Notes under the pieces: generated by a model
Seen by the model: the letters and a program-made list of their open reading frames with translations, nothing else
What the model was told of the DNA's origin: nothing
Databases searched by the model: none
Made by a program: the position numbers and the translations under genes
Shown here: piece by piece, positions 63,441-64,000 of the stretch
How the letters are laid out: each line of letters starts with the position of its first letter
How positions within the stretch are numbered: the first letter of the stretch is position 1
Assembly (NCBI RefSeq): GCF_001194135.2
Contig: NC_068988.1
Location: forward strand, 27,941,106-28,005,105
Direction: 5' to 3'
From: Octopus bimaculoides
Taxonomy: Eukaryota
Length of the DNA: 64,000 nt

Positions 63441-64000
63441 ATTATATGACTGGTGTGATAAACACTTAAAAGCTTTTGTAAAATAGAATTTGTTGGATGC
63501 CTTATGCACTGCCATCTATAATCACCTTTTTCAATAGTGTTCATTTGGTAATTGTATTACTGCTATTTTCTTTTTTTGATTCATCAGTGCAAATGTTGTT
63601 GGTATTCTGTAAATCTTGTAACATTAAAACTTATTGGGGATTGTTGTCAGATATTATCAGAGTGGATGGAAATATATTAAGCTTATAGAAAGTTGAAATT
63701 GGTCTGTTAATGGAACTGATATAAGTGAAAACTAACTCTAGACTTAGCTATAACCAAACACACTGCTAATTAATACAGATGCACAAGTATTTTCAGCCCT
63801 TACAGCTCTGTATCAAACACCATATAGTTTTCATGTCAAACATTACTTCTCTTGATGTTCATTACATGAATTTATATATAAAGACAAAATGTGGCACAGG
63901 GGAACAACAAAGGAATGCATGGAAAAACTCACTCAATGGATTTGGAGATGCTAAACCCCTCATCAGTTATCAATTAAACATCTTCACAGTTTTGACTCTG

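Noticed and set aside
62806-64000. Search for the next exon (expected GSxTLxxWxxLA)
   Set aside because: No matching frame or acceptor found; the gene continues beyond the window

Overview
AT-rich eukaryotic (animal) genomic DNA with seven N-gaps, dense microsatellites and many SINE/LINE/MITE copies. The repeat families look like octopus tRNA-derived SINEs and RTE LINEs, so this is probably an Octopus scaffold (inferred from repeat recognition, not checked by search). The whole window lies inside one + strand gene: a TRAK1/TRAK2/Milton-family kinesin-mitochondria adaptor (HAP1_N coiled coil plus the start of the Milton domain). I trace 11 coding exons from 6127 to 62805. All introns are GT-AG and the phases join into one open frame of 1428 nt. 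The 5' and 3' ends of the gene lie outside the window. Best leads: (1) an ATG-initiated, in-phase alternative first exon at 14849-14953 inside the 26-kb intron, plus a weaker 10-codon candidate at 31763-31792; (2) two exact and one near-match RFX X-box palindromes in introns; (3) competing donor sites in the 61301 exon; (4) a 231-bp near-perfect intronic hairpin, a candidate ADAR substrate; (5) a GGATC-ended, 8-bp-TSD foldback family, with a 561-bp copy carrying a telomeric hairpin and a 53-bp miniature copy; (6) two local intronic duplications. I see no prokaryote-type system, CRISPR array, rRNA or true tRNA gene.
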